The translations under genes and the position numbers were made by a program. The notes under the pieces are model-generated. The model searched no databases. It was given only the letters and a program-made list of their open reading frames with translations, and was not told the DNA's origin. From contig MU061578.1 in the NCBI GenBank assembly GCA_013265495.1, positions 319,308 through 383,307 on the forward strand: a stretch of DNA of 64,000 bases, written 5' to 3'. The DNA comes from Vicugna vicugna. Lineage: Eukaryota. Of the stretch, positions 1 through 13,432 are shown piece after piece; the stretch's first letter is position 1; every line of letters begins with the position of its first letter.

Positions 1-109
1 GAAAGGTCTAAATCACACCTATCACTTCCTGCAATGCCAGTAATCTCTGTTAAAGGTGCTACCACAGCCAATTCCTCATACAGGGGAAGCAACTTATTTA
101 ATTTATAGT

Positions 110-560
110 TAAATGAAAGCTTGGTGCTTTGGAGTCGGACAGGTGAGGGTTTTGCTCCTGGCCCTTCTTTTCCACCCAAGCTATGTAACCAGATGTAAGC
201 TACCCAGCCATCATAGACGAGTTTCAGCTCTGTGAAAAGATAACCCTGTTACTGACTTTGCAGCATTGCCATAAATAGTACATGAAATGGTGAATGGAGA
301 ACACGTTATAGCTTACAAAGGACTTTCACACACACTATCTCATTTAACTTTCACTGTAATCCTATGAGGTATGTATCATTAGCTCATTTTTACACGTACA
401 TATTACTAGGTTCAGAGGCTTTGGGTATCTTACTCAAGAATCAATCCCTTCCTCACCCTCATGACACACACATTTTATAGATGAGGAAACAAATATTCCA
501 GAGGGCACATGATTTGTCCAAGGACACATATGACCAATAAATGGTCAGGTCAGGGGCTTC
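110..560. mobile_element. Cluster of degraded MIR SINE fragments (one +, two -)
   Basis: MIR-like head 'gctttggagtcggacag'. Minus-strand core pieces 'ctcatttaactttcac...cctatgaggta' and 'ttttatagatgaggaaac...gatttgtccaaggacaca'. Confidence 0.7.
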
Positions 561-634
561 CTAGAAGACTTAAAATAAAATCTAAACTACATACATTGGC
601 CTTCAAGGACCTGGTTTCTATTTGTCTCTCTAAT

Positions 635-1009
635 TATGGAAGCTTGAAAAAATGGCCCCAATTCTTCATTCGTAATCAGGTCCTTTACCATGTCATACCA
701 TAGTACCCTCCTCTGACTCTGAGCTCAGCCACATCACTTGCTTTGTGGCTGATAAATAATAAAATGTGGTATGACAGTTCTGAGTCCACACTTCAATGGG
801 CATTGCATGCCTCCATGCATCACTGAGTCTTTGCCACTTGTCATGAGAACCTGTCTGGGCCAGGATGCTGAAGGATGAGAGACTCATGGAGTAGAACTTA
901 GAGCTGATCCTGAGCCCTCCTGATATATCAGCAACAGACATTGTTGCAGACCACTGGCATCTGCGCTTGTTTGTTACAAGGCAATGTTATGCCAAAGATA
1001 GCTGATACA
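635..1009 (+). mobile_element. MaLR solo LTR (MLT1G/H-like) inserted into an L2
   Basis: Starts 'tatggaagcttgaaaaaatggccccaattc' and ends 'gtttgttac...gatagctgataca'. 5-bp TSD ctaat (630-634) / ctaac (1010-1014). Confidence 0.75.
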
Positions 1010-1460
1010 CTAACACCTTGGAGTGCTCACTTCCTCACTCACTGTGCCACATCCACACTGGCTTTTATTCATTCCTCAGACATGTTGTTTCTCCTTTCTG
1101 CCCCTGTGTGGATGTGCTGCTTTGCCTGCAATGCTCCCCTCCTCACTGTTTCTGCACAACTCTTCAGCTCTCATCCTCAAACTCTTAGGCTGACTGTTAC
1201 CTCCTTAGAGAGCACTCGCCTGACTGTTATGTCTGAATTAGGTCATTGTACATATTCTCTGTACTCTATCTCTCTACATCATAGACTTTATTCCAATTTA
1301 TATGCATACGATAATTTTCTTAGCTTAATGAGGTCTGTGATGATAGGACTGGTGGCTGGACATTTTACTCACATCTCTATTCTTAGCACCTTACACAATG
1401 CCTGGTACAGAGCATGTACTCTGTACATAATTGGTGAATAAATGGATATAAGAATGAGCA
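1010..1460 (+). mobile_element. L2 LINE 3' end (continues from ~570-634)
   Basis: Typical L2 tail 'agcaccttacacaatgcctggtacagagcatgtactc...ttggtgaataaatgga'. Confidence 0.75.
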
Positions 1461-2554
1461 AATTGGCAGAGCTAAGATTTCAACTCTCCACTCTTCCCTC
1501 TCTTCCTTCCATGCCATAATCATGGCATTATTGGAGGTTTATCTTTTTTGGAGAGCCCTATCTAAAATGCACAATTCCCTGATCATGTTCAGTCTGTTTA
1601 GCTAGCAACTTTTTATCAGTTTATATTCAAGTGAGCAACTTAACATTGTAAGGATTAGCTGACAGTTGACTGAGAGAAAATATGGGAAAACAACTCAGGG
1701 TAGACTGTAACTTAAACAGATGAAAGTTTCAGGAGAAAAGAATGGAAATCCAAGACCATGGGAGGAACAGATCTTGGATTTAGCCATGCCCTCATTCTAC
1801 ATGGGGGGCAATTCTGGCTCCTGTTGCCAGCTCTTGTTGCAGCAACTGGCTGCCATGTTGAGGACTCCAGATTTATTCTGGGGGAGAGACACATGGATGG
1901 TGGAGTGATTCCCAACTTCTTGTAGACACGCATTTCTACCTGGGTCACTAGTCCCTACCTTCTAGGACCCAGAGCTTAACATACTTATGACCTTGCTGCC
2001 CCAGATGTTTGACCAGAGTCTATACTCTGGGCTGATATTCAGGAGGACCAAAGCCTTGGGAACTCAGCTGTTTCAAGCTGCATTCCACTACAAAGGGACA
2101 CAGACCAGAAAGGTGGATGCCTCCTGTGGTCAAGTCAGAATCTTGAACAAGCAGCCTGTTTAGCACTGAGAGCCCTAGTATGGGGGATAGAGAGATCAGA
2201 TGGAGAGATCAGACAAATGTTTTATAAATTATAAAAACATTGCATACTTTGTCCTTCTCCTGGAGAGTCACATGCATATATGCATATTAAAAGCTCCAAA
2301 AAGTCCAGCAAAGAAAAACAAAACATTAAAAAAGTTTCATCTACATTTTCATCTCTATCTAAAGTTATTTCGTTAAGGAAACAACTCCCTCCCTTCTTCC
2401 CTCCCTCCTTTCCTTTCTTCCTAATCTTATTCAATGCCAGCTAACATTATTCTGCAAGTCACAATTTGTGAAATACTGACTTTGAGAAATTTTTTCCAAC
2501 ATGTTCCATTTTGTGCTCATGGTTAAAATAATACAAACACAAAGAAGCAAAATG

Positions 2555-2790
2555 ATTATTCACTGAGCCCCTCCTGTGTGCCAGTCATTGTGATGAGCAC
2601 TTTTTCTATACCTGAACTCATTTTCTTCTCAAAACCACAGTGAAGTAGGGAATATTATCAATTTTTCAGATGAGGAAACTGAGCCTCGAAGAGGATGAGT
2701 TACTTGTCCAGGATCATATCAACAGTAAAAGGAACTGGCCAGGTTCAAACCCTGAGAGTCTACTCCTGAGACTACCCTTTAGTCACCAGG
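2555..2790 (-). mobile_element. MIR SINE
   Basis: 'cagatgaggaaactgagcctc...gagttacttgtccagg...ggttcaaacc' is the reverse complement of the MIR core and head. Confidence 0.85.
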
Positions 2791-3567
2791 CTATTACAGT
2801 CTGGGAACTGAAAGGTAGTATTCCACTTTCCTTCCTGAGGGATCGCAATATTTCTAGAAGACACACAAGTTAAACTGTCATCTGTGGCATCAAAAGAGAT
2901 ACACTGAGTCCACTTACAATCTTCGTGGGCTGAGAAGGTTGTGCTTGAACATTTCTGTTTCCTGTGTGATGCATGCATGAACACAGTGAATAATTGTACC
3001 CTGTGGTAACACAGTGTGTATCATTATATCTATTTACCAGTCAGTCGTATTTTTCTAAGCAGAAGTGCACAGCCTGCTGAGATTTTTGTGAAGAATGAAT
3101 AGATCTGTTCTTGACTGCATTACAGATATTATATATCTCAGCATCCCTGGTGTCTTCAGACAATGCAGGGTTGGTGCTGGCCCTCTGCTTTCAGTCTTGC
3201 CAAACACTATTCACTCATCACTATCCTATTCACAAAAAGAACTCCCTCTTGTTTCCTCTTACCTCATGGCTGCCTTACTTCTTACTCCCCATTCTGTTTA
3301 TACACTACAGTGGGATAGAAAATTCAAGGGTTTGGAGCTAGACAGAACTGGTGTCCAGCCATATTTTTGATGCTTTAGTGTCTTGTGCTAAACATTTCCT
3401 TTGTATTACTTCATCTTGTTTTGCAACAACCTTGTATGGCAGATTCTATTGTGACACTCCCCACCTCCATTTTAAAGAAGAAAAGGTTGAGCTGTAAAGT
3501 TGATAGTTGAGTAACTTGATCACCCAGGTCATCCTATTTGAATGGCTCCTGCTAGATAGAGTAGTGA

Positions 3568-4130
3568 TGTATTAGCTATATATTACTAGCAAATTACCAT
3601 AATAGATAGCAGCTTAAAACAGTAGCATTAATTATTTCATAGTTTTGGTGGATCAGGAATCAGGCAAGGGTTAGCTGGTGTCCTCTTCTTAGGGTCTCTT
3701 AACGGCTGTAATCTGGGTGTTAGCTGAGATTGGGAGGTCTAACTGGGGAGGATCTACTTCTGAGCTAAAAAAAAAAGCACAAAAATGTGCTTCTTTGGTA
3801 ATTCAATTCATTACAGGCAGTTAGATTAAGATCTTGGTTCCTCAAGAGTTGTTGCCTAGAAGTCTTCTGAATTCCTTGCCAGGTGGACCACTCCACAGAG
3901 TCTCTCCATCAGAGTGACTAAGAGAGCACAGGAGAGAGAATACCAGGGAGACAGAAATCACAGTCTTTTGTAACCTAATCACGGGAATGATATCTTGTCA
4001 TCTTTGCTGTATTGTATTTATTGGAAGCAAGTCACTAGATCCAGTTCACACGCAAGGAGAGAGATTACACAAGACCATGAATACAGAAGTTGGGGAATGC
4101 TGGGGGCCATATCAGGAGCTGTCTCCTACA
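3568..4130 (-). mobile_element. MaLR solo LTR (MLT1E/F-like)
   Basis: TG...CA ends ('tgtattagct'...'ctcctaca') with a perfect 5-bp TSD AGTGA (3563-3567, 4131-4135). MLT1 motifs 'gcttaaaaca', 'ggatcaggaat', 'caaggagagagattacac'. Confidence 0.85.
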
Positions 4131-4139
4131 AGTGATTTG

Positions 4140-4520
4140 CACCTTGAAGTATGGCTTTTTCAGCTCTGTCACTTAATAACTCTAACCTCAGGAAAGCTCT
4201 GTATCTTCTCTAAGTCTCCGTTTTCGTATCTGTCAAATGAGTATTATAATGGTAACTATCTCATACCATTGCTGTTAGGATTAAATAAGTAATTAAATAA
4301 GCAATGCCATTAGTGTTGCCTTTCTCCTGTAAACCACGGTTGGCCAAACAGCTGTAGAATATTCTGGAACCTATCTTTTCCCATGTAGCCTCTAGAGAGA
4401 TGCCAAGGACACAAGATGCCGGAGACTGGTGTTTTAGCTCTCTAATATGCCATGTGATTTTGTGCATGTTTTTTCCTTCTCTGGGACTTCATTTATTCAT
4501 CTATAAAATTAAGGGGTTAA
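4140..4520 (+). mobile_element. Two MIR fragments
   Basis: 'tctgtcaaatgagtattataatggtaactatctcata...aggattaaataag' and 'cttctctgggacttcatttattcatctataaaatt'. Confidence 0.7.
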
Positions 4521-4608
4521 AGAGACAGCAAAAAGGTTCCATTTTTTTTTCTGTGCTAATTCTAAATGGTTGGCTGTGGGTATCTGGAGCTTGTACTAAG
4601 AAAAATTT

Positions 4609-4810
4609 CAATGATGTGTAGGAACCAGTTCCCATACGCTTGTGAGAACTGACTTGTACATCCCTTACTGACTGCATTCAGTGAGGTCCCATTCAAGTCA
4701 GCCATGGTGGGAGTACTTACACCATGGATATAGGAAAATGTTACAAACCAGGTCTCTCTCCCTGCCCCTCCCAGAGAGCAGGCTGCAAGACATTTACCAT
4801 TGTACTACTG
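4609..4810 (-). mobile_element. MER63A-like hAT MITE
   Basis: Degenerate TIRs 'caatgatgtgt'...'tgtactactg' and internal 'gccatggtgggagtacttacaccatgga' as in MER63. Confidence 0.75.
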
Positions 4811-5276
4811 ATTTCAAACCTCTGTGGGAAAGCGGACAATAATTTATTGCAATACCTGTCAAAGACTCAGAAGAGAGTATGTAAGAATGAGTGACTAATG
4901 CATATTTGCTATCTCTGGTTAGTTGATTTCTGTCATCCTTTCTGCACTGACATTCTTGGAGTGGCTGCCTTTTTAAAAGGAAGGATTATTTGGGTAGAGA
5001 AAAGGTTGCTAGCATAGACTCTGTCTTACCAAAAAAAAAAAAAAAGGCGTACTAAAGCCCAGTTTATCATCTGTTGACCATGTTCCCTCGTGTCAGTTTC
5101 TTATAATTATCTAAGAAACTAGTAGCTAGATGATGCTGTAATAGGCTCATTGGAAACATTGGGCTGTCCTTCCCTTTCTCTGAATGGATGGAATGCAAGC
5201 ATGTTATGAAGTTAGTAATGTGCATAATTTCATACCTGGATTTTCTCAATCACAGCCACCATACATGGTAGGTAGG

Positions 5277-5748
5277 TGTATTAGTCAGGGCACTGCAGAG
5301 AAATGGAACCAATAGGAGATACATATTTATTTATTATGAACAACTGGCTCATGCAATTATGGAAGCAGAGAAGTCCCATGATCTGACATCTGTAAGATGG
5401 AGACCCAGGGAAGCCAGTGGTCTAATTTAGTCTGAGTCCAAAGGCCTGGGAACCAGGGGAACCAATGATGTAAATTGCAGTCCAGTGCAGATGAGATGAG
5501 ACATTCCAGGTCAATCAGTGAGACAGAAAAAAGGGGCAAATCTGCCCTTCCTGTACCTTTTGTTCTATCAGGCCCCCAATAGATTGGAGGATGCCCACCC
5601 ACACTGGGGAGGGTGATCTGCCTTACTGAGGACACTGATTCAAGTGCTAATCTCACCTGGAAACACCCTCACAGACACACTGGAAAACAATGCTTAATCT
5701 GGGTACCCAGTAACACAGTCAAGTTGACACATAAAATTAACCATCACA
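5277..5748 (-). mobile_element. ERVL solo LTR (MLT2A/B-like)
   Basis: 'tgtattagtcaggg...agagaaatggaaccaatagga' through 'aagttgacacataaaattaaccatcaca'. TSD gtagg (5272-5276) / gcagg (5749-5753). Confidence 0.9.
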
Positions 5749-7220
5749 GCAGGGAAGGGATTATTTCCAACTCTTTAAACACCCGTATCCTGAGAGCTGA
5801 TCAGAGACACCTGAGTTAAAGAGATCTTTCCAATAGTAACAAATGGCCAGGCTGGAACTAGTACCCAGGTTTTATTACTACAGCCCTTACTTTTTAGACA
5901 TTAGGATGAGAAAACCTGGGATATGGTGGGGAGGGAAGGAGGGAATGTAGGAACAAACCAACCTGGTTGTCCCTTCCTGCAATTCTGATGGTCTCTAAAG
6001 CAGTGAGATATGGCCACAATCATGAAAGGTTACCCAGAGAGGAGCTAATGACATAATCATGGACTCTCTACAGTCAATTATTGCAATTACTGGAAGCCAC
6101 TCTCTTGTCATATTTCATTTAGCACAAAACGGCACTAGAGAGGCAAGTGGCACCGAGGGTCCTGGGCCCACTGTCGCTGCCCTCACTGGAACAGGCATCT
6201 AAAAAGGAAAATGCCAACCCCAATAAACTGTTCCTGCAGAAGCCATTAGGCTGGGTGACATGTTCACTTAGGGTGACATATATTGATCATGTAAAACACG
6301 TACACTGTATAATATGATTAAACAAACTCAACCAGTTCCAGAGAGAGCCAGATGAACTGTGTGTGGAGCCTGGCTCTACAGCAAAAGCCTCGTAGTTGGG
6401 AGCACCTAGCTCAGGGCAGGAACTAAATACAGTGTTTCTTTCATCAATTATTCATTCATTCATTCATTCATCCATTCATTTATGACTTCAACAGGTATTG
6501 CTTGAGTTCTGCTATGTGATGGGCACTGTGGTAGGCAGCAGGGAGAAAATGATTAATTGAATTATCTATGGAATGTCCAGCTATTGACAGCCAATAAGCA
6601 GCTGACACATGAGTCTTCGGTAAAGGGAGACATCTGCCCATTTTGAGTTCCCTTGTGGTCATCTCAGAGGACTCACCTCTGTTTCAAACCCAGGCTGAAC
6701 TATCAAAATCCAACTGTACTTAGGACAGTGAAATGGCAGGACTCGTGTCTCCCATATTATATACTCCAAAGGCTCCAAGGGAAATGGAAAGGGTAGGGGT
6801 CTTTCAAGCCACTGGATTCATCCACTTGATTCCTGATAGATATTTTGTTAGAGTGAATGTTGTCAGGAATCTATAGGATTTGATAATTTGTAATAACATA
6901 ACTCCCACAGGCAGTTGGAAAGTTTAGTCCTTTAGAGATACAATTTATCTTCTTCAGTTGATAACAGTCTAAAATAGTTTCTGGAACATATCAGTACTCT
7001 TTGCATTTTGTGATTGGGTTGCTATTATTTTAAAGATAGAAATGTCTCCTTCAGAGAAATGCTTACAAATCTCGACCTCCCCAATGTGAGCATACAATTA
7101 ACAAAGTATTTGTGAGAATTTAACATTCAACATAATTTTTCACAATATTTTTTGGTTCACAGGAAAGAACAATAGAGAAAGTGGCTATATATGTATATCC
7201 ATAGATAAAATTAATCTATT

Positions 7221-8037
7221 TGGAAGGGAAAAGGGTTCTGATCACCAATTCCAATGTATTGAGAGGGTGTTCCATACAACCAAGCAATTCTCTAAAACCA
7301 GCTGGTGTCCTACAATTCAACTCAATTCTGACACTATCTACACGGAGACAGCATCTGCATCAGATCCCATAGGTTAAGGGCTCAGTCCTACAAGATTGTC
7401 CTTTCCTTCCCCCAACCCCCACCCCTACACACTACAGACACCAATCTCAAATCCAGATTGTTACCTGTTTCTGACCAGCCTGCTCTAGGGCAAAGGTTCC
7501 AATGACCCCCACCTTAGGTTTGATTAATTTGCTATAGTGGCCCACAGAACTTGGAGAAACATTTTATTTACTAGATGATCTGTTTATTATAAAAGGATAC
7601 AACTCGGGAACAGCCAGATGGAAGAGATGCATAGGGTGAGGTGTGAGGAAAGGGTGTGCCACTCTTCCCAAATCTCCATGTATTCACCAACCTGAAAGCT
7701 CTCTGAACTCCTTCCTTTTGGATTTCTATGGAGGCTTCATTACATAGGCATGATTGATATGGTCACTGGCCATTGGTGATTGGTTGAACCTTCAGACCAT
7801 CCCCCCTCTTCAGAGGTCTAGGGGGGAATGGGGTGGGACTGAAAGTTCCAGTCCTCTCATCACATCATTGGTTCTCCTGGCAACAGGCCTCCATCCTCAG
7901 GTGCTTCCAAAAGTCACTTCACTAACAATAGCAAAAGACTCTTGTAGCTCTCCTCACTTAGACAATTCCAAGGGCATTAGGAGCTCTGTGCCAGAAAAGG
8001 GGACAAAGACATAATGTATATAAACCACAGGATCACA
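7221..8037 (-). mobile_element. MER21-family solo LTR
   Basis: 'accagctggtgtcctacaattcaactcaattctgacactatctac...cagatcccataggttaagggctcagtcc' and terminal 'tataaaccacaggatcaca'. Left boundary approximate. Confidence 0.85.
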
Positions 8038-8094
8038 GAAGGGGACTTTACTTGTCAAATATAAAAGGTGATATAAATGCAAAGTTGCAGGCAG

Positions 8095-8620
8095 GAGCAC
8101 ACAAAGTTTAGGCTAGTGGCTTAACTGCTCTGCGTCTCAACTGCTTTCTCATCTGTGAATGAGATTAATAATGACTGCTCCACCGGATTGCTCTGAGGAT
8201 TAAATGAATTGTTACCACAAAGCCCCTTTCAAAGAGACTGTCAGGTAGTAGTTGCTCAATAAATGGCAGCTTTTATTTACATTTTAATTAATGGAGAGTC
8301 TACCCACAACCCCCAATAGACTGTCATTTCAAATATTCTAGTCATGGCTATTTTCCTGTAACATTAGATTTGGATTGTGAGTTCCATAAGGGCTAGGGGC
8401 ATGACTTTATCATCATCGTTATAATAATAATAACAATAACAATAACAATAATAATTATAATGATTGTAATGATTGCAAACATGTATTGAGTGCCTACTGT
8501 GTGCCAGGGAATACTCAGACTATGCTGTACTTACATTGTCTCATTTAATACTCTCAGCAACCCAGTGGCATTGGCAGCATTTTTTTCCATTTTCAGGTAT
8601 GAAAAGGAGGACAAGGAGCT
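8095..8620. mobile_element. MIR (+, ~8095-8275) and MIR (-, ~8470-8620) around an L2 fragment and an (ATA/AACAAT)n tract
   Basis: 'ctcatctgtgaatgagattaataat...aggattaaatga...gctcaataaatg' and 'tattgagtgcctactgtgtgccagg...ctcatttaatactc'. Confidence 0.75.
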
Positions 8621-8622
8621 AG

Positions 8623-8624
<2 letters not shown>

Positions 8625-8697
<73 letters not shown>
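8625..8697 (+). repeat. Compound (CA)n(GA)n microsatellite
   Basis: Directly visible CA run followed by a GA run. Confidence 0.98.
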
Positions 8698-8703
<6 letters not shown>

Positions 8704-9239
8704 TTTATCTTGGTATTCCCAGTACTTTAAACAATCACTAGCTAAATGGAGCTCCATTAGGGTCAGTAAAACTAATGATTGAGTGGATACATGGGAAAAT
8801 GAGTGGATGAAGGTAAAGAAATAAGCCACAGGGCCAAAACCCTGGTAGGCATGCCTCTTCACTCACTGTGGACCTACACTATTAGCCTGCAAGGGGCCTG
8901 CACATTTCTAGAGCACTCTTCGGATTTTTCTCCCCTGCCAGAGCTGAACCAGGAAGTCACTGCACCATCCTTTTTCTTTGTGGCTCTAATTACCTGCTCA
9001 TTGGCATGCAAGGACCTCTCCAGCCCTGTTCCTGAGAGGGAGTGGAAATTCTGTGAGAATCGTACCCATTAAGGCTTTTTATGATCACCATTATGTAATA
9101 AAGAGCATCTGGAGTCTGAGGAATTATTGCAAGCTTTTATTTTGTTTTAAGTATAACTATCTCCTTATCCCCTTCTTCCCTTGGATGATTGCAGTAACAG
9201 TCACAAGCATGCTCTCTCTCTCTAGGTCAAAGCCTACGG

Positions 9240-9770
9240 TGGACAATGTCCATGCCTCCTTCTTTCTCAACAGAAGCCCAGTTTTGTTCTGGCATCTACC
9301 CTTCCCCCATGGTCATGGGCCTCCAGGTGAGCTGACCTCACTCTCGGTCTTGGATGCACCTCAGTGGTTCAAAGGAATCTCTATCTCTTTACAAATGGTA
9401 GGTTTAGGGAAAACCGGGTGGCCTAATTCTAACTCATTGCGATGCGGGGAAGTATGCCACAGGTTCTTTGGGTAAATCTTCCTATCTCCTAAGAGAAAAC
9501 CACAGGAAGAAAAGATGTCCTTCTTCCTCTGGATGCTGTCCTATCAGGATGTGCTGCTCATCCTTCCACCAGCCTGTGCTGAAGCCAACACTGAAGATGG
9601 CAGAGCAGAGATGTGAAGTGACCTGGGTCTCTGTTGACATTGCTGAGCTGTGGATCCATGACCCTGTTCTATCTCTGGACTTCCTGTTATGGGAGGTAAC
9701 ATATTCCCAAGCTGTTTAAGTCAGTTTCACGGGAGTATCTGATATTGCGGTGGAAAGGACCAAAACTATT
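9240..9770 (+). mobile_element. Old MaLR LTR (MLT1J/K-like)
   Basis: 'gatggcagagcagagatg...cctgggtctctgttgacattgctgagctg...ctctggacttcctgttatgggag...tgtttaagtcagttt'. Confidence 0.65.
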
Positions 9771-9969
9771 AAAGAGTCCCAAGAGCACAAAAACCCCAGA
9801 GAAGGACCAACTTCCCAAGATAAATTCATTTTCCAGATTGAGAGAACAGAGGCAGCTTTCCTTGAATATGTAAGTTCTCTTCAAAGTGTCCAAAAGTCTT
9901 TTTTATCTCAGGGAGTTTCAAATCTGAGAATCTCTGGCCTGAGAAGGGACTTCAGAGGTAATTTAGTAG

Positions 9970-10155
9970 AGTACCTCCTGAACTCAAACACTTGGGCGGG
10001 TGGCATCAGTACCATCTGGAGGGATTTTTAAAATAAACACTCTCTGAGCAGTGCCCTAAAAGTTCTGATTTCAGAGGTGTGGGATGCAACCTGGGTATTT
10101 ATACTTTTAAAAGGTGCTCTAGGTGATTCTGATGATATATCAAGAATCGCTGACC
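9970..10155. mobile_element. MER5-family hAT-Charlie MITE
   Basis: 'catcagtaccatctggaggg...ttctgatttcagaggtgtgggatgcaacctgggtattt...ggtgattctgatg'. Confidence 0.7.
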
Positions 10156-10502
10156 TAAGCCTGTGTTTCCCATCTCCCCTTCCACACAGCCATAGAACCT
10201 TTTCTCTCCCTCAGATAAAATATAAAATGGAACATCAGTATATAAAGCAGACAAAAATGCAGGGGTGGATTTGATAAAAAGCGGACTCAAAGATCTTCTA
10301 ATCTGCTTCACAAAGCAAAGTAGGTGACAGTTGGGGGTCTCACTAGACTGCATGGCTGAAGATTGTCTCTCTGAGAAATGACACTGTAGCTGGGACCTGA
10401 AGGATGTGGATCTAGGAGGGAAAAAACATTCCAGGAATGGTAGATGCAAAAGCTTTGACACCTGAAAGAGCTAGTGTGTTTGAAGAATTGAAAGAAGAGC
10501 AG

Positions 10503-10901
10503 TGCTATGGATTGGACTGTGTCCCTTTCAAAATTCGTATGTTGATGCCCTAACCCCCAGTGTGATGATATTTGGAGATGGAGCTTTTGGGAGGTGATTA
10601 GGATGACATAAGGTTATGAGGATGATGCTCTCATGATGGGATTAGGGGCCTTAAAAGAAAAGACACCAGAGGGCTCTCTCTCTTTCTCTTTCCATGCAAC
10701 CCCTAGAGAAAAGGCTATGTGAACACACAGTGAAAAGGCAGCCATTTGTAAACCAGGAAGAGAGCTGTCACCAGAACCAGACCATGCTGGCACCTTGATC
10801 TTAGACTTTCCAGCCTCCAGAACTGTGAGAAAATCAAAGTCTATTGTTTAAGCCACCCCATCTGTGATATTTTGTTATGCAGCTCAAGCTTGACTGAGAC
10901 A
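10503..10901 (+). mobile_element. MLT1A-type solo LTR nested in a minus-strand L2 (~10300-11100)
   Basis: 'tgctatggattggactgtgtccc...gactgagaca' with a perfect TSD AGCAG (10498-10502, 10902-10906). L2-like sequence on both sides. Confidence 0.92.
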
Positions 10902-11483
10902 AGCAGCATGGCTGGAGTGTGAGAGGGTCAGAGAGTGATGTGCGTTGAATTAAGAGAGAGAGGAAGGGACCCGGGCAATTGGGTTTAAAGTTCATGGTCA
11001 GGAATTCATTTTATTTGAATCCCATGGGTAGCCACTAAGTTTTAGGCAGAAGATTGATCTGTTTTAAGTGTTAAGATAATCCCTTTGGCTGCTTGAAATG
11101 CCTTTCCCCTTCTCTCCACCTACCTAATCCTTTAGATTCGTTATTGCATCTTTTAAAGGACAGATCCTTCAAGTGTTGGCCATCTTAGGCTTCAGAATTC
11201 TCTGTCTTTTTGGAGTCAAGATCTGCTGGCTCACAACTTAAATGCTCTCCACATGATTTCAGTGGCTGGTAATAATTGTAAACTCCCCAAGTAGATTGTA
11301 AACTCCATGGGAGTAGGGAATCTTTCCTATTGCAATACAGTATGGAAAATACACATATGACATCTTGGATATGTAAATGGTAGAGTGAGTTTACCTCCTT
11401 TTTTGTGGGGTGAGAGGCAGGCTGGAATTCATTGATAAGAATTACCTCCAATGAGGAAGCTCTATACCATAGTATAAATTCAA

Positions 11484-11881
11484 GGTGGCAGGGTTTTCCT
11501 GTTGTACACTCACCCTCTTTTATTTCTCCATGGACACACAGCTGGACTACACTTCCCAGTCTCCCTTGCAGTTAGGTGGGACCATGTGATGTGTTCATTT
11601 CAATGTCTCGCCTACAAACCCTTCCATGTGTGCCTTTGTTTTATTTCTCCATTTGAAAGCTGAATGGAGAGAATGCCAAGGACCCTGAGGGCAGTGGAAT
11701 AAAAAGATGGAGGAAGCCTGGCTCCTTGAGTTACCATGTGGAGGACAGTCACCCAAGAGAGATGACCAATCAGGAACACTGTTGGGCTGTTACGCAAAGA
11801 AGCATTAAGCTTTTATTGTGTTCAGCCACTGACATTTTGGGACTGTTTTGTAACAGCAGTTAGCCTACCCCGACTAATTTA
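11484..11881 (+). mobile_element. MLT1J-like solo LTR
   Basis: 'ggactacacttcccagtctcccttgcagttaggtgggaccatgtga...agatggaggaagcctgg...ttgtaacagcagttagcctaccccgactaat'. Confidence 0.8.
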
Positions 11882-13335
11882 GGTACCAATTATTGATGTA
11901 ACCTAATTCCAGACCCTTTATAACATCTGGGTTTTCATTCTCACAACACTGCAGTCTATCCCAGTTTTGGAAGTAAACTCAGAGATGTTCAATTTGCCCA
12001 AAGATGCATAGCTTATAAGTGACAAAGCTGAGATTTCAACCTGATTTTCTAACAAAACAAAATCTGAGCCATTTCTATAGCACTCAGCCATTTTTTTTTC
12101 TTGATTGAAGGGACCAAAGACTTTTGGGATGGGAAAGAACAAAGACTGAGGAATGGAGTGTGACTGATATCTTCAGCTATCTCAAGTAAAACTGTGTCAA
12201 AACAGAATGAAAGAGTTTTCAGTGGCTCCACAAGGTATGTTTTGGAAACAAGAAGTAAATTTCCGGGGAGATTTCTCCTCTTTCTTCTTCTTTCTCTCCT
12301 TCTTCTCCTTGTTCATTAGAACAGTAGTAGGGAGAAGTTTTTGAGGAGTTAGAGCAGATCTATTTATAGACAATGGAATGGTTGACCTAGGCAGGAAGCC
12401 TCCAACTTCTTGGTGTCAATCTTATAGAAGAGAATCAAGCATCTGCTTCTCTCGACAGAGACAGAAAGGGCCTGGATGCAATATAAGCAGCCCAGAGACA
12501 GGACAGTTCTAAGAGTCTCTTCTTTGAATAAACAAACAAAAAATATGCAAGTAATCAAACATAAATACCAGCCTTTTCAGCCCAGACAATATCCCTCTTC
12601 ACAACTTTCTTGGAACGTTAGGACTTTGACTCTCTTCTTTCATGGTACCATATTTGAAAGCAACTGAAAATAAAGACCAAAAAGACTTGTGATTTGCTCT
12701 TTAACTTTTTAGCTGGCTTCTATATTAGAATGTTTATGATGAGAAACAAATCCCCCATGAAGAAGGTCCAGGAAGGGTACCATGCTAGTGAGTCAATGGA
12801 CCATCCAGCAGAACAGCTTATAAAAAAACCTATGTTTTTTTGAAACACTGTAAGAGCATCCCAAATACCTCCGGTGCATAAACCAGAGGCTGTAAGTCAA
12901 CCATTCATCCTATTAAAAAACAGAGACAGGAAAGGTCAGAGCAAAGTTTCTGAATATTAAAGGCTGGAGTTGGACGGTCTTATGCTGGAGCCAGAAATCA
13001 CCTCGCCCCTCTAGTGTCCTGCGTGTCCAATAAAGATGCCCTCAAATGCTACAAATCCTGGTCTAGTGAGTGTCCTGAGGATATTAATTTGGCAAATGCC
13101 AAAGACAGGATTCAAACTCAGGTTTTCAGATTTTGAGTTTTACGCATTTTTCTATTTCACTTTCAACTCCTAGGCACTTAGAGGAAATGCATTAAATGCT
13201 CTGTGTTTTATAGAACAAGTTATTTGCTAAATACCTTGAACATAAATAGTGATTTTAGTACAGCTAGCATAGCTGTGTTTAGGGTCTGCTGTAATTACAG
13301 ATGCTTCCCAATTTGGGGAATTGATTCATTCTTTC

Positions 13336-13337
13336 TT

Positions 13338-13381
<44 letters not shown>

Positions 13382-13432
13382 CCTACCTACCTACCTACCT
13401 ACCTACCTATCTATCTACCTACCTACCAATCT
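13336..13432 (+). repeat. Compound (TCTA)n/(CCTA)n tetranucleotide microsatellite
   Basis: Directly visible. It explains the 'LSIYLSIYLPTY' pseudo-ORF. Confidence 0.98.

Noticed and set aside
941..1441. 166-aa ORF
   Set aside because: Lies across an MLT1 end and an L2 3' region. Non-ATG start and no recognisable protein.
9053..9719. 140-aa and 83-aa ORFs
   Set aside because: Largely inside an MLT1 LTR remnant. No homology recognised.
13088..13103. TTTGGCA-AA-TGCCAAA palindrome as an NFI site
   Set aside because: Spacer is N4 rather than the canonical TTGGC-N5-GCCAA, and it is short enough to be chance.
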